This document shows positions 34,909 to 44,528 of a stretch of 64,000 nt of DNA, piece by piece. Numbering within the stretch: position 1 is the first letter of the stretch; each line of letters begins with the position of its first letter. A program made the translations under genes and the position numbers. The notes under the pieces were generated by a model. The model was not told the DNA's origin, made no database searches, and worked only from the letters and a program-made list of their open reading frames with translations. This stretch comes from a bacterium (GTDB lineage Bacteria; Patescibacteriota; Patescibacteriia; UBA1558; UBA10009). Location of the stretch: the NCBI GenBank assembly GCA_018672055.1, contig JABHGM010000001.1:8884-72883 (forward strand). Direction: 5' to 3'.

Positions 34909-37338
34909 TTATTCAACAATAGTTGAAGCCATAGCTTCACGCCAAACAGGTAATCCCCCAGCCACATTGTCCATGCCAGGAGGTGTATTAACTATAACTC
35001 TACCATCATATATTATTATTTCAGCAGGTTCATTTTCCTCAATATAGTTTCTTTGTAATAAAATTTCATGAGCCATTACTAAACCACTTATTGTTAACTG
35101 TCTAGTATTAGAAGTATCATCACCTGTATAAAATTTACCTTTTAATCCAGAACCATTATCTAAAACTATAAAATTACCAACTATATTAGATACTGAAGGC
35201 GAAATAGTTACATTACCACCTTTTATTATCCAAGTAAGTGAAGCTAAATTTTCAATTTGTGAAGCAACCGAAGCTTCTTCATAAAACATATCTGAATTAA
35301 TTACTAAATCACCGTTTATTATAACTGTACCAGCTCCAGATGAATTAGTACCACGCGCATTATAAAAGGTTAATGGATTATCTATAGTATAGGTTGTTTG
35401 TCCTGTAAAATTATATACCTTATTACCCAACGTAGTATAACCAGACAAAGCATTATCAACATCATCTGAAGTAAAATCAACTTGATCATAACTATTAGCT
35501 ATTCTATTAAAATTAATTAATCCAGGTATAGTCCAATACTGATTACTAACTGTAGGTAAATCAAAATCAGCATATCCTGATTCTGAACAACCACTTTCAG
35601 TACTAAAATTAACAATATCACCTCCTATACCAGTTCTAATACAATAGCTAGCATTAAACCTAGTGTCAGGAGCTCCAAAAGAACCAGAACTACCTAAACC
35701 GCTCTTACCATAAACTAATCCATATTTAGACTCAAGCCATGGAGAACTTAAGTTACCATAAAATTTTAACCAACCAAGTCCCCTGTCTGCTGTACCATCA
35801 TTAAAACCATTCCAAGCTTCACCAGTTAATGATCCAGCACCATCTAAACTAGTACAATGATAAGGATTCTGACACATAGATAGCCAACCATCATCAGCAC
35901 CAAAAACGATTACATGACCCCAACCAGTTAATTCATAATTCTGACTATCATAAACAATAGGGACCGAACCGCTTGGCGGATTAATATATCCTTCATCTAC
36001 ACAAGTTGAACCAAAACAAATCCAACCAATATTACTATCCCAGGCCCAGCCATAAATACTATTACCATCTTTAGTTAAACCGTAATCAGGCGGACATAGG
36101 CTAAAATATGTACCATAGTAAATATTATCACAATTTAATGAAGCCCAGCCATAATTATAGCTCCAAGCCCAGCCATAGATACCACTTGGTAAATCACCCG
36201 AATTAACTGTTGCCGAAAAATCATCAGTTGCATTTAAAGTGTCTCGTACCCATAGTTTAGCAATTTGCGTACTAGTAGAACTATAATTAAATGTTTGAGT
36301 ATAAGCAGCGGGAGTCCAATCTATCTCCCACGGCTCACCACTATTATCAAAATCCCAACGGTATTCTAATTCATTCCTAGTATCTTCATAATCTGAAGAA
36401 CAAGCTCCGTTAAAAGTAAATAATTGTTCAGTATCATCAGAATTTAAGGGATCTACAGAAAAACATGCTTGAGGAGCATAGTTCTCTTGCCAATCTATAC
36501 GTAATTGAAAAACATGAGGTGACAAAGAAGTGTCTGTAGTCGACATCTGAACTTTCCAATATAATTTATCATCACTTGTATTAAAAACAATATTTACAGG
36601 ACTAGGAACATCCCCTGCTCCAAAGGTTAACCATTCACCAAGTCCAGGACCATACCAAGTACTACCATCATTAGAAAATTGATATCTTATGGTTTCACCT
36701 AAATCATCATGAACAGGTTGAACAGTTATTTCAGTAATAATACTATTAGTTTCTAACACTAAAATATCATCAGAAGTTATTTCACCAGATGTTTGATAAA
36801 CACCACCAACATCAGATAATCTTAAATGTGCTAAAGTATCATCCCAAACCATATTTGAGGCAGAGCCAAGATCATCTCTATCAGTAAAATCTTCTAAATA
36901 ATAATGAGCTAATGGATTATTTATTCTATGACTTAAAGCTAGAGTAGCTGTATAATATTCACTATACTCATCAAGACCATGAACAGAACGAGTCCTAAAT
37001 AAAAGAGTAGGCGCATATGGATGTGAGGTTGACCAATAATAATGTCTATTAAATGGAGATGAAGAAGTATAAAAAGCATCAATATCATTCCAAGTATCTC
37101 CTCCATTATTTGAATATTCTATTTCAAAATCAGTGAAATTAAGAGGTTTCCCAATTACTGTAAATTCAATAAATGAATCATATGGATCATCAGAACCACC
37201 GTTTTGCCAAATATCATCACCTCCTACAAAAGAAACAATTGGTGCAGTAATTGCTTTAACAGGTAACTGAAATACAAAAAAACTGCTTATTATCAATAAT
37301 AAGCAAGTTAAAAAAAGTATTTTTTTATTAAATTTCAC
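34909..37338 (-). CDS. Secreted 809-aa protein with repeated aromatic 'GWAW..N.GW' motifs
   Basis: Signal peptide (MKFNKKILFLTCLLLIISSFFVFQLPVKA). Repeats IYGWAWSYNYGWASLNC / IYGWAWDSNIGWICFG / TGWGHVIVFGADDGWLSM / GEAWNGF..GLGWLKF. Confidence 0.7.
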   Translation of the reverse strand: MKFNKKILFLTCLLLIISSFFVFQLPVKAITAPIVSFVGGDDIWQNGGSDDPYDSFIEFTVIGKPLNFTDFEIEYSNNGGDTWNDIDAFYTSSSPFNRHYYWSTSHPYAPTLLFRTRSVHGLDEYSEYYTATLALSHRINNPLAHYYLEDFTDRDDLGSASNMVWDDTLAHLRLSDVGGVYQTSGEITSDDILVLETNSIITEITVQPVHDDLGETIRYQFSNDGSTWYGPGLGEWLTFGAGDVPSPVNIVFNTSDDKLYWKVQMSTTDTSLSPHVFQLRIDWQENYAPQACFSVDPLNSDDTEQLFTFNGACSSDYEDTRNELEYRWDFDNSGEPWEIDWTPAAYTQTFNYSSTSTQIAKLWVRDTLNATDDFSATVNSGDLPSGIYGWAWSYNYGWASLNCDNIYYGTYFSLCPPDYGLTKDGNSIYGWAWDSNIGWICFGSTCVDEGYINPPSGSVPIVYDSQNYELTGWGHVIVFGADDGWLSMCQNPYHCTSLDGAGSLTGEAWNGFNDGTADRGLGWLKFYGNLSSPWLESKYGLVYGKSGLGSSGSFGAPDTRFNASYCIRTGIGGDIVNFSTESGCSESGYADFDLPTVSNQYWTIPGLINFNRIANSYDQVDFTSDDVDNALSGYTTLGNKVYNFTGQTTYTIDNPLTFYNARGTNSSGAGTVIINGDLVINSDMFYEEASVASQIENLASLTWIIKGGNVTISPSVSNIVGNFIVLDNGSGLKGKFYTGDDTSNTRQLTISGLVMAHEILLQRNYIEENEPAEIIIYDGRVIVNTPPGMDNVAGGLPVWREAMASTIVE

Positions 37339-37352
37339 TTATCTATTATAAA

Positions 37353-38207
37353 TTATAAAGTTATAATATTTTCTACATCACCAAGTAATTGTAATATAGC
37401 ATTATTTACATTAGTTCGGATAACATCTAAATCACTTTGATAACTCTGTAAAGTACTAAGAGAAACATTAGAACTTAAATCTAAACGAGTAATAGCTGTT
37501 AACTGAGTATCAATCTCTATAATATAAGCATCAAAAGAAGATTGTTCTGATTCCATATTACTAATACTACCATCTAAACTTCCTTTTAAAGTCTTGTCAT
37601 CATCTAAGTATATTACATTACATTCACTGGTACACCATACATCATTAGGATCATCACATTCTTCACTCTTATCAACTATTGAATCACCACAAACAGTTTT
37701 AGGATCTCCTTTAGCAGCGTAAGCAATAGGAATTAAACTTAAACTATTCTGATAACTTGAAGCTCTTGTATGACCAATAACATAATCAAAAGTTTCATTA
37801 ATTAAAGTGTATGAATCTTGTATATTACTAACTATTTGATTAGCATCATAATGATAATTAGTAGATTGAATTAGAGCAACATGCGTAGTAGTAACATCAG
37901 TACTATTAATTAAATCAAATAAAGCTGATTCGCTAGTTGAATTACTAATAGCAGTAAGTAATGGAGTTAATTGATTATCTTGATAGGCTTGCCAATCAGC
38001 AATTAAATCATCTTGGATCTGAGTATTAATATTATCATAACTATTAATTGTTGAATTAATAGCAGTATTTGTAGAATCAATCTTATTTTGAACTCTATCA
38101 GAGTACAAAGTTTTACACTCTGTTAAATTAACACAAGCTGCTTTAGAAGAGCTAGTTACTAAAATTAGAGCTATGAAGATAAAGGATAAGAATATTATTT
38201 TTTTCAT
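37353..38207 (-). CDS. Secreted protein with a Myxococcus-type cysteine-rich repeat
   Basis: Signal peptide. 'CGDSIVDKSEECDDPNDVWCTSECNV' matches the CG[DN]G.V[DE]..EECDDGN...C..C cysteine-rich repeat pattern. Confidence 0.65.
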   Translation of the reverse strand: MKKIIFLSFIFIALILVTSSSKAACVNLTECKTLYSDRVQNKIDSTNTAINSTINSYDNINTQIQDDLIADWQAYQDNQLTPLLTAISNSTSESALFDLINSTDVTTTHVALIQSTNYHYDANQIVSNIQDSYTLINETFDYVIGHTRASSYQNSLSLIPIAYAAKGDPKTVCGDSIVDKSEECDDPNDVWCTSECNVIYLDDDKTLKGSLDGSISNMESEQSSFDAYIIEIDTQLTAITRLDLSSNVSLSTLQSYQSDLDVIRTNVNNAILQLLGDVENIITL

Positions 38208-38223
38208 ATGTTTTAAATTAAAA

Positions 38224-38472
38224 TTAATTATGCACTACCTTAGCTCTAAGCTCAACTATCTTTTTTTGTAATTCGACTTTATTTATTTCATCACCAGATC
38301 TCATATCACGATCTACTACCACTGAGTCTAAATGTGATAAATCAGCTCCAGGACCAAAATATTTTTTATACAAATCCCCTGGCCAGAAGAATAAGCCAAT
38401 TAATATCAAAATAATAATCACAACTACTATTAAGATAATAACTGAACTCTTATTATTAGTTACTTGTTCCAT
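38224..38472 (-). CDS. Small single-pass membrane protein
   Basis: 82 aa; TM segment SVIILIVVVIIILILIGLFFW; no recognisable domain. Confidence 0.5.
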   Translation of the reverse strand: MEQVTNNKSSVIILIVVVIIILILIGLFFWPGDLYKKYFGPGADLSHLDSVVVDRDMRSGDEINKVELQKKIVELRAKVVHN

Positions 38473-38501
38473 ATATTTATATATTTAATATTATAAATTT
38501 A

Positions 38502-39977
38502 TTAAGGAAATTCTGGGAAAGTACAATCCACTCTTTCAAGATAGGAACCACTATAATCATTATCCCAGTTATAACTACCATCGTGCCATACTCTAGTTCC
38601 AGCTTGATAAGATCCTTGAACTAAATTACTACACCCAGATGCACTATACATTTGAGCAATTTCTGGCATTGAAGTATCATGTAATACTGATCTAAGGCCA
38701 CTCCAAGCACTACCTGTTGAATCTGCCCAAAAACTATCTGTAGCACATCTATAAACACTATTGCCTTGAGATACCCAACCAGCATCACAAGTAAAAAATG
38801 CATCTCCTAAAGTACTAGAATCACTATTAGGAATACAACTACCATCGTCTACATTAGCATTAGGATTATAATTTTCAGCACCAGAGATTGTACAACCTTC
38901 AACAACAGCGCCTAATTGAATTGGAATCCAACCAGTGCCAATACATAAATTTAATATTTGATTACTATAGCTTAATGTTCCTGCATTAGTAGCATCGCAA
39001 GTAGCTTCAGCACCTATCTTAACTCCACCATTTACAGCAAGAGCAACGCTTGGATTAGAATCACCAATTCCTACTTTACCATCATGAGTTATAATTAACC
39101 TATCCTCTAAAGTTGTATTACCTGTTTCTGTTGTTTGAAAAACAATATTTAATGGATTTTTATTATTACTAGAACTATGATAAGTAGGTGCTACTGTTTT
39201 TATAACCGCACCAATGCCTCCGCTATCAGGGTCTCGAGAATTAAAATTTATAACATGAACAGTATTACCACTACTTATACCACTTACATCTGTAAGTAAT
39301 TCTATAGATGCTGTATCTAAAACTACCTGCCTTATAGTTAACTTAGTATTACCACCAGCTGGATTGGAATAACCAATAATAACATTATCAGAAAATGAAG
39401 TATTATTATCAAATCTAGCAGTTAAACCATTAAAATCCATTATTCCATTAAATACTCCATAACCGTCTACAACTAAATCGTCACCAATTTTTACTATACT
39501 CTGCCCTCCATTTGAAGAAACATCTAAAATATATTCAGGTACCTTGCCAATACCTACATTACCAGCTGCGTCTATTATAAACTTACTAGAACTATTATTT
39601 TGTAAGAGCATTAAATTACCTTGAGATGCAGCATCAATATTTCCATAAATTAAATTCTCGCCTGTTTCTACTTCTAAACTTGCGCTACCCATCATTAACA
39701 TAGTTTGAATCCCTATATTACCAGTATTAAAATTCTGTATATCTCCTACCATAGAGCCCTGCCAAATACCTAAACCACCTTTTACTGAATTTTCTAAAAC
39801 ATTATAATTAACAACTTCATCTGCTGTAGTACCATCTGCTGATGGCAATCCAACAATTGAATAACCTTGAGTATTAAGCCTATTCCCAAGATCAACATCT
39901 TTTGATTCGACTCCTGATGTAAATATAATAAGCATTACTAATGATATTAAGATACTAAATATTAATTTTGTTTTCAT
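38502..39977 (-). CDS. Secreted/membrane-anchored protein with tail-fibre-like 'NVGIG...P...L.V.G' motifs and a Cys-rich C-terminus
   Basis: N-terminal signal/anchor. Motifs AAGNVGIGKVPEYILDVSSNGG and DGKVGIGDSNPSVALAVNGG resemble repeats common in phage tail-fibre and fibre-chaperone proteins. 10 Cys in the C-terminal third. Confidence 0.65.
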   Translation of the reverse strand: MKTKLIFSILISLVMLIIFTSGVESKDVDLGNRLNTQGYSIVGLPSADGTTADEVVNYNVLENSVKGGLGIWQGSMVGDIQNFNTGNIGIQTMLMMGSASLEVETGENLIYGNIDAASQGNLMLLQNNSSSKFIIDAAGNVGIGKVPEYILDVSSNGGQSIVKIGDDLVVDGYGVFNGIMDFNGLTARFDNNTSFSDNVIIGYSNPAGGNTKLTIRQVVLDTASIELLTDVSGISSGNTVHVINFNSRDPDSGGIGAVIKTVAPTYHSSSNNKNPLNIVFQTTETGNTTLEDRLIITHDGKVGIGDSNPSVALAVNGGVKIGAEATCDATNAGTLSYSNQILNLCIGTGWIPIQLGAVVEGCTISGAENYNPNANVDDGSCIPNSDSSTLGDAFFTCDAGWVSQGNSVYRCATDSFWADSTGSAWSGLRSVLHDTSMPEIAQMYSASGCSNLVQGSYQAGTRVWHDGSYNWDNDYSGSYLERVDCTFPEFP

Positions 39978-40016
39978 AGAATTGTAATAGTTAAATTTTT
40001 AAATAATTATACGTAT

Positions 40017-40022
40017 ATTATA
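40017..40022 (-). promoter_or_regulatory. Candidate -10 (TATAAT, minus strand) for the 38502..39977 gene in the divergent intergenic region
   Basis: Reverse complement gives ttttca-17nt-tataat, ~32 nt upstream of the ATG at 39977. Confidence 0.3.
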
Positions 40023-40139
40023 CAATATTTTTAAACATTTGAAAATTGTATATAACTCCATATTTCTTTTCTACATGTTATTACCTAAATAATAGCTAAT
40101 ATAAGCAATAAGATGCTAAAAAAGGTAAATAACACCCCT

Positions 40140-40168
40140 TGACAATATTGACAAAATGGTGTAGAATG
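40140..40168 (+). promoter_or_regulatory. Consensus sigma70-type promoter (TTGACA-17-TAGAAT)
   Basis: ttgaca atattgacaaaatggtg tagaat with an exact 17-bp spacer, ~75 nt upstream of the ATG at 40247. Confidence 0.65.
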
Positions 40169-40246
40169 ATATGTTTAAAGTGGATAAAAGTATCCAAATA
40201 AACGTTCTTAAATAATTAAATAAACACTTAAAACAGGGAGATTAAA

Positions 40247-41884
40247 ATGAAAAAATTCTTTTTACTCTTAACATTAATGCTCACATTAATGCTCTACCCT
40301 GTTTTAGGACAGGGTGAATGGTCATACGCTGCTTCATTACCAGATGGAGTTAATATGTCTATAAAACTATTCATTGAAGATGAAAAACTAGTAGTTACTC
40401 TAAGTGGCATTCCTATTACAGGAAATACCATGTCAACACATATGCAAGTATGCTATATAGATGAGGATATCTGTGTAAAAACAGGTGATCTGCCAGACAC
40501 ATTAGCAAGTTTTGCTGCTATTGATCTTAAAAATGGTAATCATGAACTTATGCTTGTTGGTGGTGTTGATCCAGATCTAATTCCTAGAGACGAAGCATAT
40601 ATTATTAATTACCTAACAGGTGAATGGCGTGAAACAGGTTCTATGCAAATAGGAAGAAGGAACTTTGATGGTAGAGTATTATCTGATGGCAAAGTAGTGG
40701 TAGGTTTTGGTTTTGATTCAAATGGTGGTAGAACTTATGAAATATGGGATCCTGAAACTGAAGAATTCTTTTTCTTAGGTGAAGCTGATTGTCAAAAACA
40801 AATCTACAAAATGATAACGATTAATGGCTCAATTTATGCAGTTGGTGATGATGAAAAGATACTTGTTTTCAATGAAGAAACTTACTTCTGGGATTTGGTC
40901 GCTGAATTTGATTTTGGCTGGGGTTCCTTTGCTATATCAGCTACACTAGATGATAAATTATTAATAAGTGCTGGTAATCAATATAATCCATTTGTTGAAT
41001 ATACTGAAATTGCAGCTATTGTTGATCCATTAACTGGTGAAGTTACTATGATTGATTCAGTGAATTATACTGGTGTACATTCTGCTCAATTCTGTGCTGA
41101 TAACGGGGTATGCTATAAACCCGGTGGATTTAATGTTTACAATGGTTTTGATATTAATACCGTTGAATCATATAAAGATAGCACTTGGACTATACTTGAA
41201 CCTATGCCAATTGATTATGCTAATCCATTTGTTGCAAAAATGCTTGATGGTAGATATTTTGTAACTGGTGATAATACACAATCAAATGGTGCAAACCTAA
41301 TATTCTCATGGAATTCAGAACCGGCTATAAGCTATTTTCAATTCTCACCAGATCCTCCTAGAGGTGATACGGTAGAAATTCAAGCTTATGATCCTGATGG
41401 TGATAATATAAGAGTATGTTTGTCAATAGCTTCTGCAGATTCATTAATATGTTCTACTGGGGGATATGAACCATCTGGTTCAACATTCATATTTACCAAT
41501 GTCATCCATGAATGGGGATATTTCGATGTAATAGTTTATGACGAATGGTCTGAAAATGGTACTCATAATTCTTCTGTTACAGTTCAACTAGTATTACTTT
41601 CAAATAATGTTACTGCGCCAACTAAATTCAAGCTCAATCAGAATTATCCTAATCCATTCAACCCTACAACTATTATTAGCTATGAGCTAGACATTTCCAG
41701 TAATGTGCAACTAATCATCTACGATCTTAGTGGAAGAGAAGTTGCCAATTTGGTAAATACTTACCAATTACCTAGTGAATATACTATAGAGTGGAATGCT
41801 ACAGATCTTTCAAGTGGCACCTATTTCTATAAACTTATCACTGATAATAGAACTCTCTCGAAAAAAATGGTTTTACTTAAATAA
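40247..41884 (+). CDS. Secreted Kelch/beta-propeller-like protein with a T9SS-type (Por) C-terminal sorting domain
   Basis: Signal peptide MKKFFLLLTLMLTLMLYPVLG. The C-terminal ~80 aa, 'NYPNPFNPTTIISYELDISSNVQLIIYDLSGREVANLVN...EWNATDLSSGTYFYKLITDNRTLSKKMVLLK', match the Por secretion tail pattern (NYPNPFNP...I.Y.L......V.L.IYD..GR.V..L......G.......A..L.SGVYFY.L......KKM.LLK). Confidence 0.85.
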   Translation: MKKFFLLLTLMLTLMLYPVLGQGEWSYAASLPDGVNMSIKLFIEDEKLVVTLSGIPITGNTMSTHMQVCYIDEDICVKTGDLPDTLASFAAIDLKNGNHELMLVGGVDPDLIPRDEAYIINYLTGEWRETGSMQIGRRNFDGRVLSDGKVVVGFGFDSNGGRTYEIWDPETEEFFFLGEADCQKQIYKMITINGSIYAVGDDEKILVFNEETYFWDLVAEFDFGWGSFAISATLDDKLLISAGNQYNPFVEYTEIAAIVDPLTGEVTMIDSVNYTGVHSAQFCADNGVCYKPGGFNVYNGFDINTVESYKDSTWTILEPMPIDYANPFVAKMLDGRYFVTGDNTQSNGANLIFSWNSEPAISYFQFSPDPPRGDTVEIQAYDPDGDNIRVCLSIASADSLICSTGGYEPSGSTFIFTNVIHEWGYFDVIVYDEWSENGTHNSSVTVQLVLLSNNVTAPTKFKLNQNYPNPFNPTTIISYELDISSNVQLIIYDLSGREVANLVNTYQLPSEYTIEWNATDLSSGTYFYKLITDNRTLSKKMVLLK

Positions 41885-41910
41885 ACTATTTAACAAATTT
41901 TCGGGCTAAG

Positions 41911-41949
41911 AGGTTCCTGGTCATATATGACAGGAACCTTCTTTTTTTA
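41911..41949 (+). terminator. Rho-independent terminator
   Basis: aggttcctg-gtcatatatga-caggaacct hairpin followed by tcttttttta. Confidence 0.7.
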
Positions 41950-41996
41950 TCTTAAAAAACATTAGTATAACTAATGCTTTATTTTTTTACTCTAAT

Positions 41997-42989
41997 TTAT
42001 CTAATTTTTAATCCAATATTTCTATCTTCAACATCCGATAAATTTGTATTAATTTCTGGCCAATCAAATCTAGGGGCTACTAATCTGTATGATACCTTTA
42101 TATCACTATTACTATATATAATTAATTGATTACTATCCGGATTTAATTCATACCAGACATTTGCCCTGCCCTCAGGAGTTAAAGCAACTATTAAATCATT
42201 CCAATCTTTATCCAAAACTATGATCTGTTTAAATAACCAAAGGTCTGAACCTTTTTCCAAATTATCAAAATCTATTACAAAACTATATATTCCATTTGAA
42301 TGATTATTTAACTCAACCTTACCCATTGTTTCTTCTTTAATACCTGTTGTTGAATGACCATAGGTTGAATATGATACATCGTCAATCCAATATACCGGAT
42401 CAATAGTGGCAGCAGTTAACTTGGTAACAGTTAGCTCACCAGTTACAGAAGCATCTCCAGTTACTTGTAATCTATTATCGCCTACAACTGGCGCTGCACC
42501 AATAGCGACATTCATACCAACTTCATTATAAGTAATACCATTAGTATCAGACTGCCAAAGACCTCCTATTTCAGACCATGATGATATACAATCGTTTTCA
42601 AAACAGAAAGCCTTATAATCCCCCTCGGATCTAACCTTTCCTACGAACTGCCCAGCATAACCATTTGGATTTGAAGTCTGACCATAAATTCCTGCCTTGC
42701 CCGTATAAGAATGAATACCTATAATAGCTCCACTATTATCTTCATCTACAGTTGATGCCTGTATTCTCCCGTTGGTTATTGTCAGATCACCATTCTTTAC
42801 CTGTGGAATAATACTTACATCCAAAGGTTCTGGCCTGTTCTCAAAAGGAGCAACTGCTGTTGGGGCTTCCCAAGCAGAATAAGTAACTACACCAACTAAA
42901 CCAAATAAAAAAACAAAATAAATAATAAGTTTTAATTTGTTGGCTCTTAACTTTTTAATTAAATTCATATTTTGACTAGTTTCATACAT
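41997..42989 (-). CDS. Membrane-anchored secreted protein with a tail-fibre-like 'NVAIG..P....L.V.G' motif
   Basis: N-terminal TM (LKLIIYFVFLFGLVGVVTYSAW). 'GMNVAIGAAPVVGDNRLQVTGDASVTG' resembles the motif seen in 38502..39977. Confidence 0.6.
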   Translation of the reverse strand: MYETSQNMNLIKKLRANKLKLIIYFVFLFGLVGVVTYSAWEAPTAVAPFENRPEPLDVSIIPQVKNGDLTITNGRIQASTVDEDNSGAIIGIHSYTGKAGIYGQTSNPNGYAGQFVGKVRSEGDYKAFCFENDCISSWSEIGGLWQSDTNGITYNEVGMNVAIGAAPVVGDNRLQVTGDASVTGELTVTKLTAATIDPVYWIDDVSYSTYGHSTTGIKEETMGKVELNNHSNGIYSFVIDFDNLEKGSDLWLFKQIIVLDKDWNDLIVALTPEGRANVWYELNPDSNQLIIYSNSDIKVSYRLVAPRFDWPEINTNLSDVEDRNIGLKIR

Positions 42990-43000
42990 AATTGTATAAT
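42972..43000 (+). promoter_or_regulatory. Near-consensus sigma70-type promoter (TTGACT-17-TATAAT) for lemA-htpX
   Basis: ttgact agtttcatacataattg tataat, ~45 nt upstream of the lemA ATG. Overlaps the 5' end of the divergent minus-strand gene. Confidence 0.6.
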
Positions 43001-43044
43001 AAATTAGCTAAAAATACAATATATTAATTATTAACAAAAAAACT

Positions 43045-43599
43045 ATGAATACCCTATTATACATCATTCTAGCAGTAGTCATACTTGTCATATTATGGCT
43101 AATTGGCGTATATAATGGCTTAATTAAGCTAAGAAACAGAACTGATGAAGCTTGGTCAGATATTGATGTACAACTTAAAAGAAGGTATGATTTAATACCT
43201 AATTTAGTAGAAACCGTAAAAGGCTATGCAACTCATGAAAAAGAATTATTTGAGAATGTTACTAAAGCTAGATCTCAAGCTATGCAAGCTGAAGGCGTAG
43301 GAGAAAAAGGGAAAGCAGAAAATATGTTAACTGGTGCTTTAAAATCACTATTTGCTGTTTCTGAAAATTATCCAGATCTTAAAGCTTCAGATAATTTTGC
43401 TAAGTTACAAGATGAACTAACTGATACAGAGAATAAGATACAAGCAGCTCGTAGATTCTATAATGGAAATGTTAGAGACTTTAATACTAAGACTCAAGTC
43501 TTCCCAAATAATATGGTAGCAGGTATGTTAAGCTTTAAACCATTTGAATTCTTTGAAATAGAAGAAGCTCAAAAAGAAAACGTCAAAGTAGATTTTTAA
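43045..43599 (+). CDS. lemA: LemA family membrane protein
   Basis: N-terminal TM followed by '[50 protein letters not shown]...ENYPDLKAS...QDEL' LemA signature. Confidence 0.85.
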   Translation: MNTLLYIILAVVILVILWLIGVYNGLIKLRNRTDEAWSDIDVQLKRRYDLIPNLVETVKGYATHEKELFENVTKARSQAMQAEGVGEKGKAENMLTGALKSLFAVSENYPDLKASDNFAKLQDELTDTENKIQAARRFYNGNVRDFNTKTQVFPNNMVAGMLSFKPFEFFEIEEAQKENVKVDF

Positions 43600-43602
43600 T
43601 CT

Positions 43603-44490
43603 ATGTACAATCAGATAGAATCAAATAAACGTAAAACTTGGTTTTTAATGACTATTTTTTTAGTCTTCATTGTTTTAATTGGCTATCTGTGGGGTGCTTA
43701 CTATGGTTTTGGCTTAAGCGGAATAGCTATAGCTATAACCCTAGCCATTGTACTTAACCTCTTTTCTTTTTTTAAAGGCGACAAAGTTGCTTTAGGTATT
43801 TCAGGAGCTAAGAAAATTAAAAAAGAACAAAACCCTTATGTATTTAGAATGGTAGAAAATCTAAGTATTACTGCAGGACTTCCAATGCCTAAGGTGTATA
43901 TAATAGAAGATATAAATATAAATGCTTTTGCAACAGGCAGAGATCCAGAAAAAGCATCTATAGCTGTTACTACTGGCGCTATAGAAAAGCTAGAGAATGA
44001 AGAATTAGAAGGTGTCATAGCTCATGAGCTATCACATATTAAAAACTATGATATTCGTTTAATGATGATAGTTATTATCTGCGTTGGCATTATTACCCTA
44101 CTCGCTGATTTCTTTATACGAGCTCAGTTTATGTTCGGTGGCAAAAAAAATAATAGTAAAGGTGGCAATGCTGGAGCTATTTTAATGATTGTAGGTATAG
44201 TACTTGCTATTCTCTCCCCTGTCTTTGCTAAACTTATTCAACTAGCAGTATCTAGAAAAAGAGAATACTTAGCAGATGCTTCTGGTATTTTACTAACACG
44301 TTACCCTGAAGGATTAGCTGGAGCTTTAGAAAAGATAAAAAGTAATAAGCCAATGAAACGAGCTAATCACGCTACTGCTCATCTATACATTTCAAATCCA
44401 TTTAAAATAAAGAAAGGTAAAAAATCCGGACTATTTTCTACACACCCCCCTATTGATGAACGAATAGCAGAACTAAGTAAAATGGCTTAA
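43603..44490 (+). CDS. htpX: HtpX-like zinc metalloprotease (M48 family)
   Basis: HELSHIKNYD (HExxH), multi-TM, 'YLADASG' and 'FSTHPPIDERI' motifs. Adjacent to lemA, a common pairing. Confidence 0.85.
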   Translation: MYNQIESNKRKTWFLMTIFLVFIVLIGYLWGAYYGFGLSGIAIAITLAIVLNLFSFFKGDKVALGISGAKKIKKEQNPYVFRMVENLSITAGLPMPKVYIIEDININAFATGRDPEKASIAVTTGAIEKLENEELEGVIAHELSHIKNYDIRLMMIVIICVGIITLLADFFIRAQFMFGGKKNNSKGGNAGAILMIVGIVLAILSPVFAKLIQLAVSRKREYLADASGILLTRYPEGLAGALEKIKSNKPMKRANHATAHLYISNPFKIKKGKKSGLFSTHPPIDERIAELSKMA

Positions 44491-44519
44491 TTGACAAATA
44501 GTCAAATAAATCATATTAT
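44491..44519 (+). promoter_or_regulatory. Sigma70-type promoter (TTGACA-17-TATTAT) ending ~9 nt before the clpC ATG, suggesting a leaderless or near-leaderless mRNA
   Basis: ttgaca aatagtcaaataaatca tattat; clpC ATG at 44529. Confidence 0.5.
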
Positions 44520-44528
44520 CTCTTAACT

